NCBI GenBank assembly: GCA_026023565.1
Contig: JAPETS010000008.1
Span: 558,001 to 622,000, forward strand
From: Cirrosporium novae-zelandiae
Taxonomy: Eukaryota
Length of the DNA stretch: 64,000 nucleotides
Reading direction: 5' to 3'
Each line of letters begins with the position of its first letter. Position 1 is the stretch's first letter. Below are positions 23,994 to 38,100 of this stretch, one piece after another. Made by a program: the position numbers and the translations under genes. The notes beneath the pieces were generated by a model. It was given only the letters and a program-made list of their open reading frames with translations. It was not told the origin of the DNA and did not search any database.

Positions 23994-26730
23994 ATGATAA
24001 TGGCCGGTTCACGATTTTCCTTTTCCTCTTGTCGCTTCTGCCTACTACTCTTATTCTTCTTATGCCTCGCTCAATATGCTTGCGCAGAAACACAATATGT
24101 TACCACGGAGGACTCGGAAGGCAATACTGTATACTTGGCAGATGATCGAAGACCGGCCCTCTATACAGGCAATTTTGGTGATTGCATGGGTGATTCCTTA
24201 CTCAACGTGACCCGTTTCGATGCTGCATACTACAAGGATAACATGACTGTTATTTTTCATTTGATGGGGAGTACTGCCGTCAAGAATGAAAGTTTAATGC
24301 TGTACATTGGTGTCTATGCATACGGAGAAAGCAGATTCACTTTAACCTTTAATCCGTGCAATGCCAATATCAACAGGTATATTCTACAGTTGTGCTAATA
24401 GCATCCAGAATGTGCTAACAAACGCTAGTTTATGCCCGATGAATGCAAGCATACCTATCGAGGCCAGCGGTGTTATACCCGTCTCCCAATCTGATGTAGC
24501 AACAATTCCCAGTATCGCATTGTCCATCCCCGACTTTGAGGGGCAGGCTGTCATACGAGTTTTCGCCAATTCAACAGAGACACAGATAGGGTGCTTCTCC
24601 GCAGTCATCACAAATGGTGCATCGTTTTCCCACCCGGCTGCTATAGGCTCTATACTTGGGGTGATGACGGTTATTGTCCTCGTTGCCTCCTTTGCAACTG
24701 CTATTTATGGAGACCACATTCCAACAATCAGAAACCACTATGCCCACTCGCTGTCCGTCTTTGTGGTTTTCGCTATCTTTCACCACGTATACTACACTGG
24801 GGCGCTATCAATGAATTGGCCTAGCGTTTTAGCGGCTTATTGGAGCAATTTTGCTTGGGCTGCTGGGATGATCTACAGTGAAAAAATGCAGAACTCAATC
24901 AATCAGCTTATTGGTAGCAACAAGGGAAATCTGACTATGGTGGGAGCTGCGGCTTCGGGGTCATCTTCGAGCGACATTGGTACCTATTCGATATCAGATA
25001 TTTACAAGAGATCTGTGAACATTTTCCATCGGGATATCAACATCCACAGTCATTTCTTAGAAATGCTGAAGACAAGAGAACTCGAGCATAGGATATACAA
25101 GCGGGATTTGACAAATTCGACTGATGGCTATCAATGGTATGGATCACCAGTAAAACCCGGATTACCTCTGCCCGGAAATTATTCTGGATTTCCAGGTACT
25201 CTCTCCGAGGAAGGTATTCCGGCATCAAACGCTTTTATGACAGGTTTCCTATGGTTTCTCATCCTTGTTGTTTGTGTCGCAGCTGCTGTAGTCGTGTTCA
25301 AGGGGATTTTGGAGGGCATGTCTCGACTTAAAATGATCCATTCTCACCGCTTCGACATTTTCCGAAAGCACTGGCTCGGCTATACCGGAGAAGCTGTCCT
25401 CCGGATATGCTTCATAGGTTTCTTCATGATGATGTTCTTAGCAATTTTCCAGTTCGCATTCGAAGGCATAGGAGCTGCTACAGCAATCGCAGGCATAGTG
25501 TTCATAATATTTCTTGTTGGTATGGTCGGTGTATCTTTCTATTCAATTTACTACCGGATACGTGGTGGGGTACCGGATAGATTGATCATCGAGAGAAAGA
25601 CCAAAATGAAGGTCATCCCGTGGTATGGGTTTGCCAGGGAAAGCGAGAAAATTGATGATGATGGTCAAGGACCAGTTGCCGGATCTCTCCCATGGTGGCG
25701 GTCTCACAAATCTAACACCGACCCTGAACATCTGGATTCTGAGACAAACATTCATGAAAATGAGGATTTTCAAAAGAAATTCGGCTGGCTTGCTGCCCGG
25801 TTTAGAAGAACTCGGTGGTGGTTCTTTGCTGTATGGATAATATATGAATTTGTTCGTGCATGTTTTCACGGGGCAGCTGTTGGGCATCCCATGGTTCAAG
25901 TGTTCGGATTACTTATTGTTGAGATCATTGCATTCATTGCCATGATCACACTCAAACCATTCGAAGCTTCCCGCCTCAATGCGTTGATGGTTTATCTCCT
26001 TGGATTCAGCAAAGTCACAACCTTGGCCCTTGCTGCAGCTTTCGATATTCAATTCGGCCTCAACCGCATCACAACAACAGTCATCGGCGTCGTAATAATC
26101 GTCATTCAGTCAATCCTGGTGATTGCAATGCTCATTGCAGTCGTTGCCGGGGCCATTTCCAGTTACATGTCTATAACCAAAGATAAAGAAACGTTCAAGC
26201 CCCTCAGCTGGACAGGTATGCGCAACAAGTACCTTGCCCATGTTGAAAAGGCAGCTCGAGACCTACCACCACCTCCGCCCCCAATTCCCGAAGAGCCCAA
26301 GGAACCATATTTCGCTGTGTCTTCGGTTAAAAGATACCCAAAGATTGAAGACGAGGATCCTGATAATGTCGTGGGTGGTGATGCTGAGTCTGACACTAAT
26401 GCTGCTGGTTCTGTGTCCTTTCCACCACCCGGCAGAACGGCTTCTATGAGATCTCAAATGAGTTACTCAAGTCTACCATACGGTGCTAGGCCACACCGGG
26501 CGAGCTGGAGCAGTAGAGACTTTATGCATGAAGGAGAGCCATCCTCTTTTGCTGGAATGCATCAAATGAAGAGCGATGGAAGCTTGAGGGAGTCCGTCGG
26601 TCGAGTGCGATCTACATCCAGAGCATCGATAACAGGAAGGGCTGTATCTCGAGTCGGGACGCCGATCCTTGAAGTTGGAGAAGAGACACGACCTCGATTA
26701 GAGCGCGTGGAAAGCGAAGTCCCTAACTAA
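23994..26730 (+). CDS. FLC/Pkd2-like TRP-family membrane channel (flavin carrier family) with N-terminal ML-like domain, ~894 aa
   Basis: Exons 23994-24376 and 24429-26730. Signal peptide; ML-like domain (LCPMNA, IALSIPDFEG..IGCFSAVITNG); ALSMNWPSVLAAYWSNFAWAAGMI; many TM segments; KKFGWLAARFRRTRWWF. Alternative ATG at 24000. Confidence 0.9.
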
Positions 26731-28654
26731 AAGTACACAGTGACGTTTTAAGGGCATCTAATAACTTACAATAACGAAGTCATGATTAACCAACCTACTT
26801 ACCATCTGGGGAGTAACCACTCCACTTGCCGTGGAACTCTTGTTACATCAGCATTCAAACCATTTTATACTTAGTTCCTCATCTTTTTCACTGTTATCGC
26901 TGTCTTATGCTCATAGAAGACTTTGTTATAAGCATTTTATCACGGTGCGTCGGCCTGGTGTCATTCTCAAGGGGCAAGCAAAGCAGTGGCGTTGAGGAGT
27001 TTTTGCTTTTGATGAAAGCTGAGCCGAGATGAGACGTGGCCGAACTGCCTGTGAAAGCACATCGGACCCTGATCCCCCCAAACATATATGTATTTTACTA
27101 TTTTTTTATTTCATTGCAGCTTGAAAGTGGCATTGTCATGTATTATGGCCCTCACATAGGATGGGACTGGAGCTGGAGCTGGAACTGGAGTAGGAGGTGT
27201 GACTGAAAGGAGAATCCAACAAAACTCGAAATTGGGGTTGTATTGATTAGGCGAGGGCTGGGGCGGGCTAACGTTCATCTGTTATTTCGTAAGGAAGAAG
27301 GAGAAGTAGGCCTGGTCTGGTGGTGTGTGCGTATGTAGATTCTGATTAATGAATCGTGAAATTACTAAGAGAATTGCTTGTTCTTGTATGTCAATGTCTG
27401 TAGACTTGTGTTGATATGTATATGCGTGTATGTATGTCACTGATAGATTCTGAAAGGGAAAAGATTGATTGATGTATGGTGGGGTAGATTGTGTGGTTGT
27501 GTGGTTGTGTAGTTTGTGGTCTGTGAAACTCGAGTTGTAAGTACGGTAGATAAGGTACTCGAGTAGGTGTAGGGAGGTAGATAGGTATTTTGTGCGTATG
27601 GTCGGTTATGTATGTATATATATATAAAAAAAACACGCAACCTTCATCTCCCTCTCTTATCCTCCCTTTTTATCTTCTCCTTAATACAATTTTAATCTAA
27701 TCTACCTGTGGGAGATTAATCACGTTTCTGAGATAAGGGATTGCGTAATTTTTGGGGTCGGGTTTTGATTGGGTTTTGGGGGTTTTTGATATCGGCATTC
27801 ATTAAGGTGTAACTAACTATATGTGCCGTGTGCATGTAAGCTTAATATTCATTCATATCTATTTTATTCTTTCCAAGAGAGAGAGTAGGTAAGCCTAGCT
27901 CTTATTTCCTTCCCCCTCTTCTCCCCTTTTCCTCCATCCCTTCATCCTTTTTTTCTTTTAAATTAATAAAAGAGAAAAGAGAAAGGAGGAATATTTAATT
28001 AAGTAATTGATTTGGTGTTTGTTATACATGTATACAGATACGGTATAAATATGGTATAGATACGATATAGTTGCGTGGAGAAAGGAGGGGAGGGCGCTTA
28101 TAGTAGACGAAACGAGGAGTCCATTTTATGATTTCGATTATGCATCTAAGAAGTTGATAGATAAGTAAGTGAGCGATAAGGCATAAGGCATTATTACTGT
28201 AAATGGCGTTTGGGATTTGGATTGGGATTAGGATTTGGATTAGGATGAGGATGAAGAAGAAGAAAAGATAATCAGATAAAAAATAAAAGTTAATTAATTA
28301 CTTGAGCAGATACCTAAGTACCTAATGTTAGGATATATAAAACCCTGGCTACGCCGTGCACCAAGTAGAAAAGGTGGAGGAGGAGGAGAAGAAGAAGAAG
28401 AAGGAGAAGGGGACGTTCCCACTCGTTCGTAACTACCTAGGTAATTATCTAAATTTAAATTCTAGGAATCCAATTGGTATATATGGGGCGTGCTAATTAT
28501 TTGCTTTCAGTCTCTCCAATTCACAAAATCCAAATTCCAAATCATACATTGTTTCATATCTAATGAAAAAAAAATCTATCTACCTATGGATGGGTGGAGC
28601 GTGGTTGAAATCCAGTTATGGGATCCATCCCTATCTGATACCTGTCTGTCTGGT

Positions 28655-28696
28655 TTCTTGTTCTTGTTCTTGTTCTTGTTCTTGTTCTTATTCTTG
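28655..28696. repeat. (TTCTTG)7 microsatellite, one variant unit
   Basis: Direct reading. Confidence 0.85.
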
Positions 28697-29023
28697 CATG
28701 TAGAGGTGTAACGGGATGGAATGGAATAGGAGTTGAGGATCTGGAAGTGAGGGAGGGTTGTTCTGGCATTGCTATCACCATCATCATTACCATGATAATA
28801 GTAGATAGGTAGATAGAGTCCAATCAATCCATTCATCCTTTCTTCCTCTTTGCATTCACATTCACATATTCACATTCACGTTCTGATTCAAATCCATCCA
28901 TCCATCCACTTCAATCCAATAGCCCAAATGGCATGTTAGTTATTTCCAGACCTCCTATTGCTCGCTTATGGATGCTCCCCTCGCACAATCACCCACTCTA
29001 TTCGCACCCCATCAATCACTCAT

Positions 29024-29846
29024 TTAGATAACCAACTCTCCTGCCCCTCCCTTCACCAATCCAGCAACAACAACAGCGGCAGCGGCAGCGAGTTTCGTAG
29101 TATCAACATGTCCATGCCCACGCCCCTGGCGAAGACGCTGATGATGACGAGTCTTGCTCACTTTATATGATTTCTTTGTGGGAGAGGGGTTGGGAGAATT
29201 ACTACCACCAGCATCACCAACACTAACGTCATCAACATCACCAACGCCCATAGACGTATTCATAGCGGCGGCAGCAGCAGCAGTAGCAGTGCCCTGGTGC
29301 GCAACATGGCCCTTTCTCTCTTTTATGCCTTGGGCAATTTTATTTTTGCTGCTGTTGAGTCGGTTAAAGTAGACCTCGTTGCAGGCTTTTGCGCGACCGA
29401 GATCGTGCCGGTGGAGAATTTTGAATTGAGTATAGAATGAGTAGCTGATCTGGGATCCGATTAGATTTGGTTAGTTTTTGGCCCCCCTTGGTACTGTACA
29501 CGTTTTATATGCATGCGTACAGTGGATATATTATACCCAAGACGAAATATATAGCAAGAGGAAATAAAGCTAAGGGAGGGGGAAGAAAGAGTAAAAAATA
29601 ACATACCTGGTCGTCAAATCCAAGACCAAACTCATCCTTCTTCACCTTCTTGGTAGCAAACTTCTCGATGAGGTCCTGATCCTCAGTAAAGCCCTCTTCG
29701 ATATTGATGTTGTAGAGACCCGGCATGAGTGCCGAGAGTGGGATTGAGAGAGGGATCCATGTAGCTTGGTTGTAGGTCGTTTGAGTTTGTGTTTGAGGTG
29801 GAGGATGTGGAGGAGAAGGGCATGTAGATGGTGGTTGGGATGACAT
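29024..29846 (-). CDS. Hypothetical (orphan-like) protein, ~221 aa, 2 exons
   Basis: Exons 29846-29607 and 29449-29024. The intron GTATGT..CTAAC/CTAAT..CAG joins two ORF pieces in frame. Start context AACCATG. No family recognised. Confidence 0.6.
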
Positions 29847-32044
29847 GGTTTGCTTGTGTTATTGCTGCTTGTCGACTTGAAGAGGTGAGGTGAGGTGAGG
29901 TGAGCTTAGCTTGTGTGGAGGGTTTTTGATATTGTAGTGGGAGATAAAGATCGTCGAAATTCGTAGTGGTAAAGTGTTTCAAACGAAGTTGGTAGTAGAG
30001 TTGAGCGAAGTAATATGAGGAGAGGAAGAAAGATGGAGAAAGGAAGATGAAGAAAAGAAGGAGAAAAAAATTTGGTAAATGTGAGCATGGTGGTTTTAAT
30101 CTTGAGGTGGCTGGGAAGGGCACCTCGGTGTTGGAGATATTTTTCAGTCACCATCTTAATACTTAGATGGAGAAAGCCATATATCTATCTCTCCTTCTCA
30201 GCTTTAAGCTGAGTACTATTCACCGACTCCCTCCCCTTGCTACCCTCCACCCTAAATGAACGATTTCTACACCCTGACCTAGAAGCACAGTGAGAGAGCG
30301 TGAGTTCAACATACGCCAATGTCCCTCGTAATACCAACCCTAATGTAATAGAAAACGTGAGTTTTGGGCTGCTCAGAATGAATAAAAGGGACAGGTCCAG
30401 CCCTGGAAGTTGGCTATTTAGTCATGCAGTGCTCTTTTCCTCTTTTATCCTCGCTCTTCCCCTTTTTCTTTTCTTCTTTCTTCTCTCCGTTTTGTCTTCT
30501 TTCTAACTTCGAGATTCCTTGGGCGTTTGCTACGAAAGTTGGGACTCTCACTAAAGACCACAAGGAGATTGTAAGCATTCAACCTAACCTTGTTACAGTT
30601 CAAGCATGTTAAACCAGAAAAGAGATGAGCCCAAGTAAAAAATTAGGGAAGCCGGGAGACGGCGTGCCTGCATACTTCTTCAAGTAAATTCGGATGGTCC
30701 CCCTGTGCCTGCTTTCTTCCCATTGCTTATCCATCTTTTACTAATACAACCGCGGGAAGAAAATATTTTACCATGCTTACCCACATCATATGACGACCAC
30801 AAAAAACCATTCTCTCTGGCAAGGTCTGAGCGAGGAAAATATCCGAATCACAAGCAGAACCGAGGTCCGCATGGATAAAAGGAGAGACTCGAAAAATGGT
30901 TTCCCGAAACTTGGTATGAAATATGTGTGGGAATAAGATGCTATGGTGTCGGTTGCCTTGCCTGAGGCGGCCACTAGTCCTACTAGTTTCTTTATTTGTG
31001 AGACAAGCGAACGTGGAGGGCTTTGGCTGAGACGGATATCTAGCAAGGTACTCGAGTAGGTGTTTAGAAAACTTGTTTGAAAAAAGATCGTCAGAGTGAG
31101 AGTGTTAGAGAAATGTCAAGGGAAATAATCACCATCCAACTACTGCTCCATCAATTGTTTCAACCACTAGAAAGTAAAGAGATCGAGACTCGTAATAGCT
31201 GTCCTTGTGAATTTCAAAAACCCGAGTAAAAATTTCGACCCATCAACCATAATTTCTTCTTACGTCCCTCCCAAAAATAGACGTCAAATGCTTGAGAGAT
31301 TGCCCAAAGGTCGTTCGAAAGTCGATGGATGGAAAGGCGAGGATTTTTTGAAAATTTTTTATTTGATTGAACTAACTACTCATCTGTCGTTGCAATCCCT
31401 TGAAAAAAGGAAGCTAGTCACCATTTCTAGCGAAAGAGCATGCCATGTTTACTTTGTACAGTCAACAGAGGGCGCAACCTAAGACTAATCTCTCCTCTCC
31501 TTACAAGGTCATAGGCACATAGCATAACCTCTTCAGATTCGGTCCACACAACAGGCATGCACACGGAACCCTTCTTAATAAAGACAAATCTAACCGTGGC
31601 GAACAGAAAAAACTAAACATTTGGGGTATTGCAAGCGAATGTTCCAACCATAAAAGGACGCAGACAAAACAAAATATAGATAATAAGCGAACGGGTATTG
31701 TATGACACAAGGGGTAGTACAGTGAATAATAGAAGATGCCGTAAATAAGGCAATAAGCAATTGCGCCAGCCAACGCCTGATTTATGCAAAAGCCAGGCGA
31801 TTAATGCCATCTTGGTGAAATAGACTGTGTCTTGGGGTATTGAGAGAAACGAAAAGTAAGGAATAAATTAATGATCACGTAGAACGAAAAGAAACTGGCT
31901 AGCAGCCAAACAGCAGTCATAAAGTCACTAAAACCACAAAATATGTATCCACAAAGGACGTGTGAATCATTAAACGAATAAATAAGTATCCAAGCCACCC
32001 TTCATATAGGCATCTCGGTATACGCGAAAAAGGAGGGGTTTTTT

Positions 32045-33201
32045 TTATGTGGATCCAGGACTCCCGCCCGACCCACCATGGCATCCCCGCTCATGTCTTT
32101 TCATGTTACTTCGTACACTAAAGGCTTTCCCGCATCCCGCATGTGGACACTTGAATGGTTTTTCCCCAGTGTGACTGTGCGAGTGTATGCGCAAGCTCGA
32201 TGGTCGCGAAAATGCTTTCTGGCAGGTCTGGCAGATGTAGCGGTCTTGTGACTGAGGAAAACTAGCGGAACTCGAAGGCGCAATGTAATGATGATGTTGC
32301 CAGGGGTTTGCTTGTCCAGAATGATCCTGCATCTGAGGATGGTGGGTTGTGGCGGTCATTGAAACCGGAAGAACAGGAGGTGGAAATGTCGTTGGAAGAG
32401 GTCGCTGTTGGTAATAAGCCACAGGCGGAGGTGTGGAATGGCTAATCGGATAATACGGACTGGAACTGGATGCACCGGGAGAACTCTGGTACTGAGACCC
32501 GAGGGATGGCGATTGGGAAACCTGCATTGGATATGGGTTGTTGTCTTGAAAAGAATGATGGCGGGGCTGTAACTGTAGAGGCTGCTCGGCGCGACCCACA
32601 TTACCAAGATAGCCATTGGATTGAGAGAGCGTTGAATGAGAAGAAGCAGCCGAAGGAGACTGAGTACTGTCGTCAACCGAGTCCGGCCGCATTGGCGGTG
32701 TCGGTGGTAATGGGCCTTTGGGAGTGCTCACGTTCGGTTGCAGGTAGGAAGGAGGTGGTGGTGGATATTCTAGACCATGTTGTCCTTGATCTGCCTGGAG
32801 CATTGCTTGCTGTAGTTGATGGTGCTGGGATAATTGACGGTCGTCTATGTGATCCGCGCCGTTAGAGCCGTCTTATAGATATACATGTACGACGACAGGA
32901 AACACTTACTTGACTCTTGACCCGGTCCTCCGTTCGCAATGTCGAGGAGGCTTGATATCGAAGGCAGGGAGCACCTGCTGACATCGTCCATTGGGGGTGA
33001 CGGTGGGGCTTGCAGAGAGCGATTGTAGGTGTTGTTCAGCTGCTTTTGAGTCTCACGGGGTGGGATGGCTGTAGCAGCCGTGGCCATTATGGGAGGTGAT
33101 GGTCGGCGGTTTGAAGAGGAAAGATGGTCTGGCAGAACAGGGAATTTGGGAATTGACCTGGAATCGAAATGATCCTCATTCACCAAGCAAGACAAGTTCA
33201 T
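32045..33201 (-). CDS. mtfA: C2H2 zinc-finger transcription factor MtfA, ~363 aa
   Basis: Exons 33201-32910 and 32844-32045 (GTAAGT..CTAAC..TAG). C-terminal [63 protein letters not shown] matches the Aspergillus MtfA fingers as I recall them; LPSISSLL and PPTPPMRP motifs. Confidence 0.88.
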
Positions 33202-33630
33202 GATCCGAGGGAATAAGAGAGAGTTTGGTATGGAAGAACTGCGGCGAGGGGAGGTGATGTCGCACAGATTCAAGCCGTAATATGCGAGATGTTTATGGGT
33301 TAAAGAGGCATCTGAAGGTGATAACCACAAGTCACGAGCGGGAATATAGTAGATCAGAAGTAGATCAGGAGTAGATCAGGAGCACCAAGAAGCAGAATTG
33401 GTGAAGATCAGCGATCCGCACAGCAGTAGTGTATTTGTTGATACTCGACGGTGGGATCTTGAGAGTCTGTCCGAGTCCTTCCAGCGTCTTTAGCGGATCC
33501 AGTTAACGGCGAGTAATAAGACTGGGTGGGATATCGGGTATGTTCTGGGGGCCAAGACCTTTTTTGGATGAACCAGGGAACCAGTTAGCTTTTAGTCGGC
33601 AGTAGGAAATAAGTAGATATGCCATGCACT

Positions 33631-33649
33631 GGGGGGGGGGGGGGGGGGG
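33631..33649 (+). repeat. Poly-G tract (19 G) ~430 nt upstream of mtfA
   Basis: Direct reading. Confidence 0.9.
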
Positions 33650-35118
33650 AAGCATTGGGGACAGGTGCAAGGAGACTAGGGAGAAAGAAGAAAGAATATG
33701 TACTCTTACGGATAAAAAAAAATAGCGAGGGTAGGGTCGACAAGACTTTTTTTTTTTTCTTTTCCTTTGGGGTGGATGCAAGTGGATTTGATTATGCAGA
33801 TGATGCAGACGACTACCAGTCTACCATCAGTCTACTACTACCACTACCACTACCACTACCGACAAGCAAATCACTGGTTGGGGGGGATGGGGACCGCACT
33901 GGCGCGATTCAGACGCCTGGGACACACCTTGGGTCACCTTGGGACAGCTTGGAACACCTGAGTTTAATGGGCCTGGCACCTGGGGTGGTAATGATGGGAC
34001 GAAGAATGTTTGGAGCAAATGGATTTTTTAAGTATGTATTAAGGGTGATTAGGTATAATACGATTCGATTCGATACGTATGGTTCGAGCCGATCAAGAAT
34101 AAACGGTAGACCGATGGAGATGGAATGGATAGACCGATTTAGGGAGATAGCCACAACTAAGGGTTCAGATCCGTCTTTCCCTTGATTCAAAATGTCGGAG
34201 TTGCGATTTAGGGATTTTTGGGGGGGTTTGAGGGAGGGGGGGCCAACTGGCGTGGTGGGAAACCTAGATACCTAAAGGTAATGGGAATTTGGGGGGGGAG
34301 GGAAAGGGTCATTTGCAAGTAAATTCAGAATTCTTCTTTACTTTGTACCCTTTTACTAAGATGTCAATCCGTCACTTAAAAGACCTAAGATACTTAAGAG
34401 AACTTAAGAGCACCAAATCACTGGTCTGACGGCGGTGATAAACACGGAGGTTAGACTCTTCTTGGGATAAGTGCCGGCGCAATGTTCGCAAATCGCAAAT
34501 GGCAATCGAACATCAAACACAAGGTCTTGGTTTGCGCAGCAGTCCGCGACGCCGTTGCAAAGCTACTACCACGAGGCCGCAAATCTTCAAGTGGGTCGAA
34601 AAACGCTTAACGGTCGGTATGAGATACTCCGGCCCTTTTTTTTCCCACAGGTTTATTACCTTAAGGACCCTTGATTAAACCTGATTGCGATAAAAATGTA
34701 AATAAACTATCTATCTATTGACCATGTTGAACGTAAGTAGATCCATCAGGAGAACTATACTTTTTTGCTGTTAGGGGGTAGAAAGTATAGAAAGTGGGTA
34801 CTTTGAGGGGGAAGGGGAGTGGGAGAGAGAGGAGAAAGAAAAAGAGAGAGAGAGAGAGAGGGAGGGGGGGATGATGATGACAGCGACAGCGGGCAGATCA
34901 GAGATGGGTACCTAGGTAGGTTGGTTAATAGTAAAAGCTGAGTACTGCCGTATTGCCCAAGAGAGTAGCCATCTGTAGGCCATCTGCACTCAAATTGGGG
35001 GATGCTCGACTGGGACCCCTTGAACTTCTTGAACTCTCCAACCTCCAACCTTCAAAAACCCTTCGAAACCCTACCTCTGTACCGAAATCCCTACTTCGGA
35101 AGTCTTGTACGGTTGTAC

Positions 35119-35169
35119 GTACCTGCACTTGTACCTGTACCTGTACCTATACCTATACCTGTACCTGTA
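35119..35169. repeat. (GTACCT/ATACCT)n hexamer microsatellite
   Basis: Direct reading; source of spurious TCTCT/VPVP ORFs. Confidence 0.85.
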
Positions 35170-38100
35170 ACTTTTTATCTAGGTTATCCATCCCTACGCG
35201 CATTTTTTTAATAAAAAAAACAATTCCCACAAAGATATTGAAGATGAAGATGAAGAGACAGGTAGAAACTCCAGTTCATTCACATCATCCACCAAAAAAA
35301 AGCCTGAGATCCTGAAGGTCCAAAATGTAATAGTACTAAATAATAATTGACTTTTGACTTCAAGGGACAAGAGTGACAGGGTTGTATGGTCTTCAGGACT
35401 TTTCCAAAGTTTCAAAGGTCCCAGGCATTGGGCTTTGAATTTGGAACTAATGTAAAGTGGGATATTTGGGGGTTGTATTGGGGAATTATTTTAGCTGAAG
35501 AGGGATATCCCGATACCACCCACCGTCATCATGTCAGGTCAGTAATCCATACAGGATGGTCGCGTTGTGCCGTGGGTATGGGTTGGGTTATTTGCACTGG
35601 GTATAAAGTCCCTTTGTCCTTTTTGGTTTGGTTGGTCTCCTTCGGGGGGGGGCTGTGGGTGGATAATGGGCGGATGGGGGGGGGATAGGATTGGTACGAA
35701 AAAGGGCTGGACTAAAGGGAGGAAAGATTACTAGATGGCCTGAGGCTACTTTGAGTATCATGGGTAAGGGTGTGGGTGATGGGTGTTGGGTGTTGGAAGT
35801 TCCGGAGGAGGTAATTAGTGCCAGTTAGATGCCAGTTGAATTCCAGTCGATCCGTTCATGTGCCCCTGCTAAGTATCTCTCTATTAAGTAACTAATCGAG
35901 TAATCTAGGGAGGTACAATCTTTCGAATCCTTGATTGTCCCCAATTCATCTCCATTTTTCTTCCCGGAAAAGATGAAATCAAATTTATTCTTTCAAATTT
36001 GGAAAGAAGAAGACAAGATTCAGAAAACTATCCTCTCAAAATGATCGTCAAGAAAATCTTAACAATCCTCTCCTTCTATTATATCGAATAATTAATTAAT
36101 TGAGAGAGAATTATTCGAAGCGAGAAGGATCAAGGGATCAAGGGATCATAATTCAAGGAATAGGCCCGTAAAGGATGGGGAAAAATCTATCCCAAAGTCA
36201 AAGGGTCCCCTCTCCCACCCTCTTCCCCCGAATGAAGTTCCCATTGTTCCTATTGTTCCCAAGGCCCCCCAGAAAGCCCCAAAAGAACCATCAAAGTTCA
36301 AAAATTCCCAACTACGCAATTTGGCCTTTCTCTCGTCATTAGATTTTAAATCCCTGATCCTTGGCTGTCAAAGGAACAAATAACTCCCATCCCCCCCCCT
36401 CAAATTCTTTCATTTCCCTCTTCCAGTAAAGTACCCACCCCTATACTACTAATTACTCAAATCTACTTACCCACTACTTTCCCTTCTCCCTCAATCCATG
36501 TGAGCCAAGAAGTACCATGCAGGTAACTATAGACTTTACCCCATAACTTAGTCCGTCGCTGACTCAATTGCCGTTCTGGTTGCCAGCTGTAACTTGTAAA
36601 TCTCAACACCCTATGTGGTAGGGTAAAGAAGAGGGTATCAGAGTAAGTCAAGATACCGTGGCTTTGTGGCTTTACAAGGGTCTAAAGGTCTCTAACGGTG
36701 CTTGCTGTCATGGGTCAATAGCCAGATGAGGATCAATTTGATTTGATTTCATTCGCTAGACAATGTGGATGGCACAGACGGTTCATGGTACCCAGCAATA
36801 ACACAGCGTTGACGGCTGAACTGATGCAGGAGACAGGAACCTCTAATGCATATATTCCCAGCAATCCAATGAAGCATGTCAAAAAGTAAACAGGAGCTCG
36901 CCTCTACTCTCAAGCTGCATTTCCTCCAGGCGCCGTGTATGTTGTATGCGTGGCCTCGGTTGATCCTGTGACTTGAAGGAGCCCAAAGATAATAATATCA
37001 ATATGCATCATGCCTTGCCGCTTCCCACTCTATATTCCTTACCCACACACGGATATGTATTGGAAAGCAACCCCAACCCTGGTCATTTCAGGTCCCTGAC
37101 CTTGAATTTCCATGCATCGCCAAGAGCTGATCATAGCTATCGGGATTCTACCGAAGCGTTTACAGCCAAATGCTGAATTGAACCTTCCCAAAACCCCGGG
37201 CCCTTCGACAATTTTTGACCCTGTCCTTGTCTATAGTCCTGTAACTTTTGCATCACACATCTGTCGACTGTGGTGAATGGTAAACAAATTGCTCATGACT
37301 GATGCTCCCGAAGATACACCTATTCCCCTAATTATTCTTTTGAGTTCATAACATCTGAACTCGACCAGACTGAGTGGCTATCACAAAAGGACTGGTATGG
37401 CGAACCGCAGTAGGAAGTTCTTAATTCGTGCATAATATAGATTGCCAATTTATCCTACCACATTGCAATGCTAGTGGATAGTAATGAAAATACCTATAAT
37501 ATATATATATGTGTGTTGAATATTTATTTATCCCGGGTTTGTTTCTTCTGGTTCACCTCGGCGTACAGGTTGGTTATATGGTTACTTGAGGTTCTACTTG
37601 CTCTATAGCTAACGAGAATATCTATGACTATATCTTTCTAATATAACGCAGAATTAAGCAGTACCACTTTCTACTTCAGTCTCATTAGAGATGAGGTCGA
37701 GAAGACCCTCCTGCCCAGATAGGCAATGATGCCATCAATACTACTTCGGGTCAGGTCTAAAGGTTAATCCATCGGGTGAAGGCAGATTTCATCTCCCAAC
37801 TCCTCGCAGCATAAAGGTAATTCAAAGATCGATCCATATCTCGGAAAGTCAATCCATTCCTCTGGAACAGGGCGAACAAAGTGGAGAATGATGACAATGG
37901 ATGTCTCAATGGTCAAATCTCCCTGGGATCCAAATGAAATTGTAACCATGTGTTCCCGTGGCCTCTTACCTGGACAGAAGTCGCAGCGCACGCGCGAATT
38001 GAGAATTGGGGAAATGCAATTGACACTGTATTGCAGCTGCAGGTTTCCTTGGTTGTGTTAAGAAGGAAATGACTTTGTGCGACCGAGATCAAAGGTATTA

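Noticed and set aside
33619..35688. Several 60-190 aa ORFs upstream of mtfA
   Set aside because: Products of homopolymer and microsatellite tracts with low-complexity translations.
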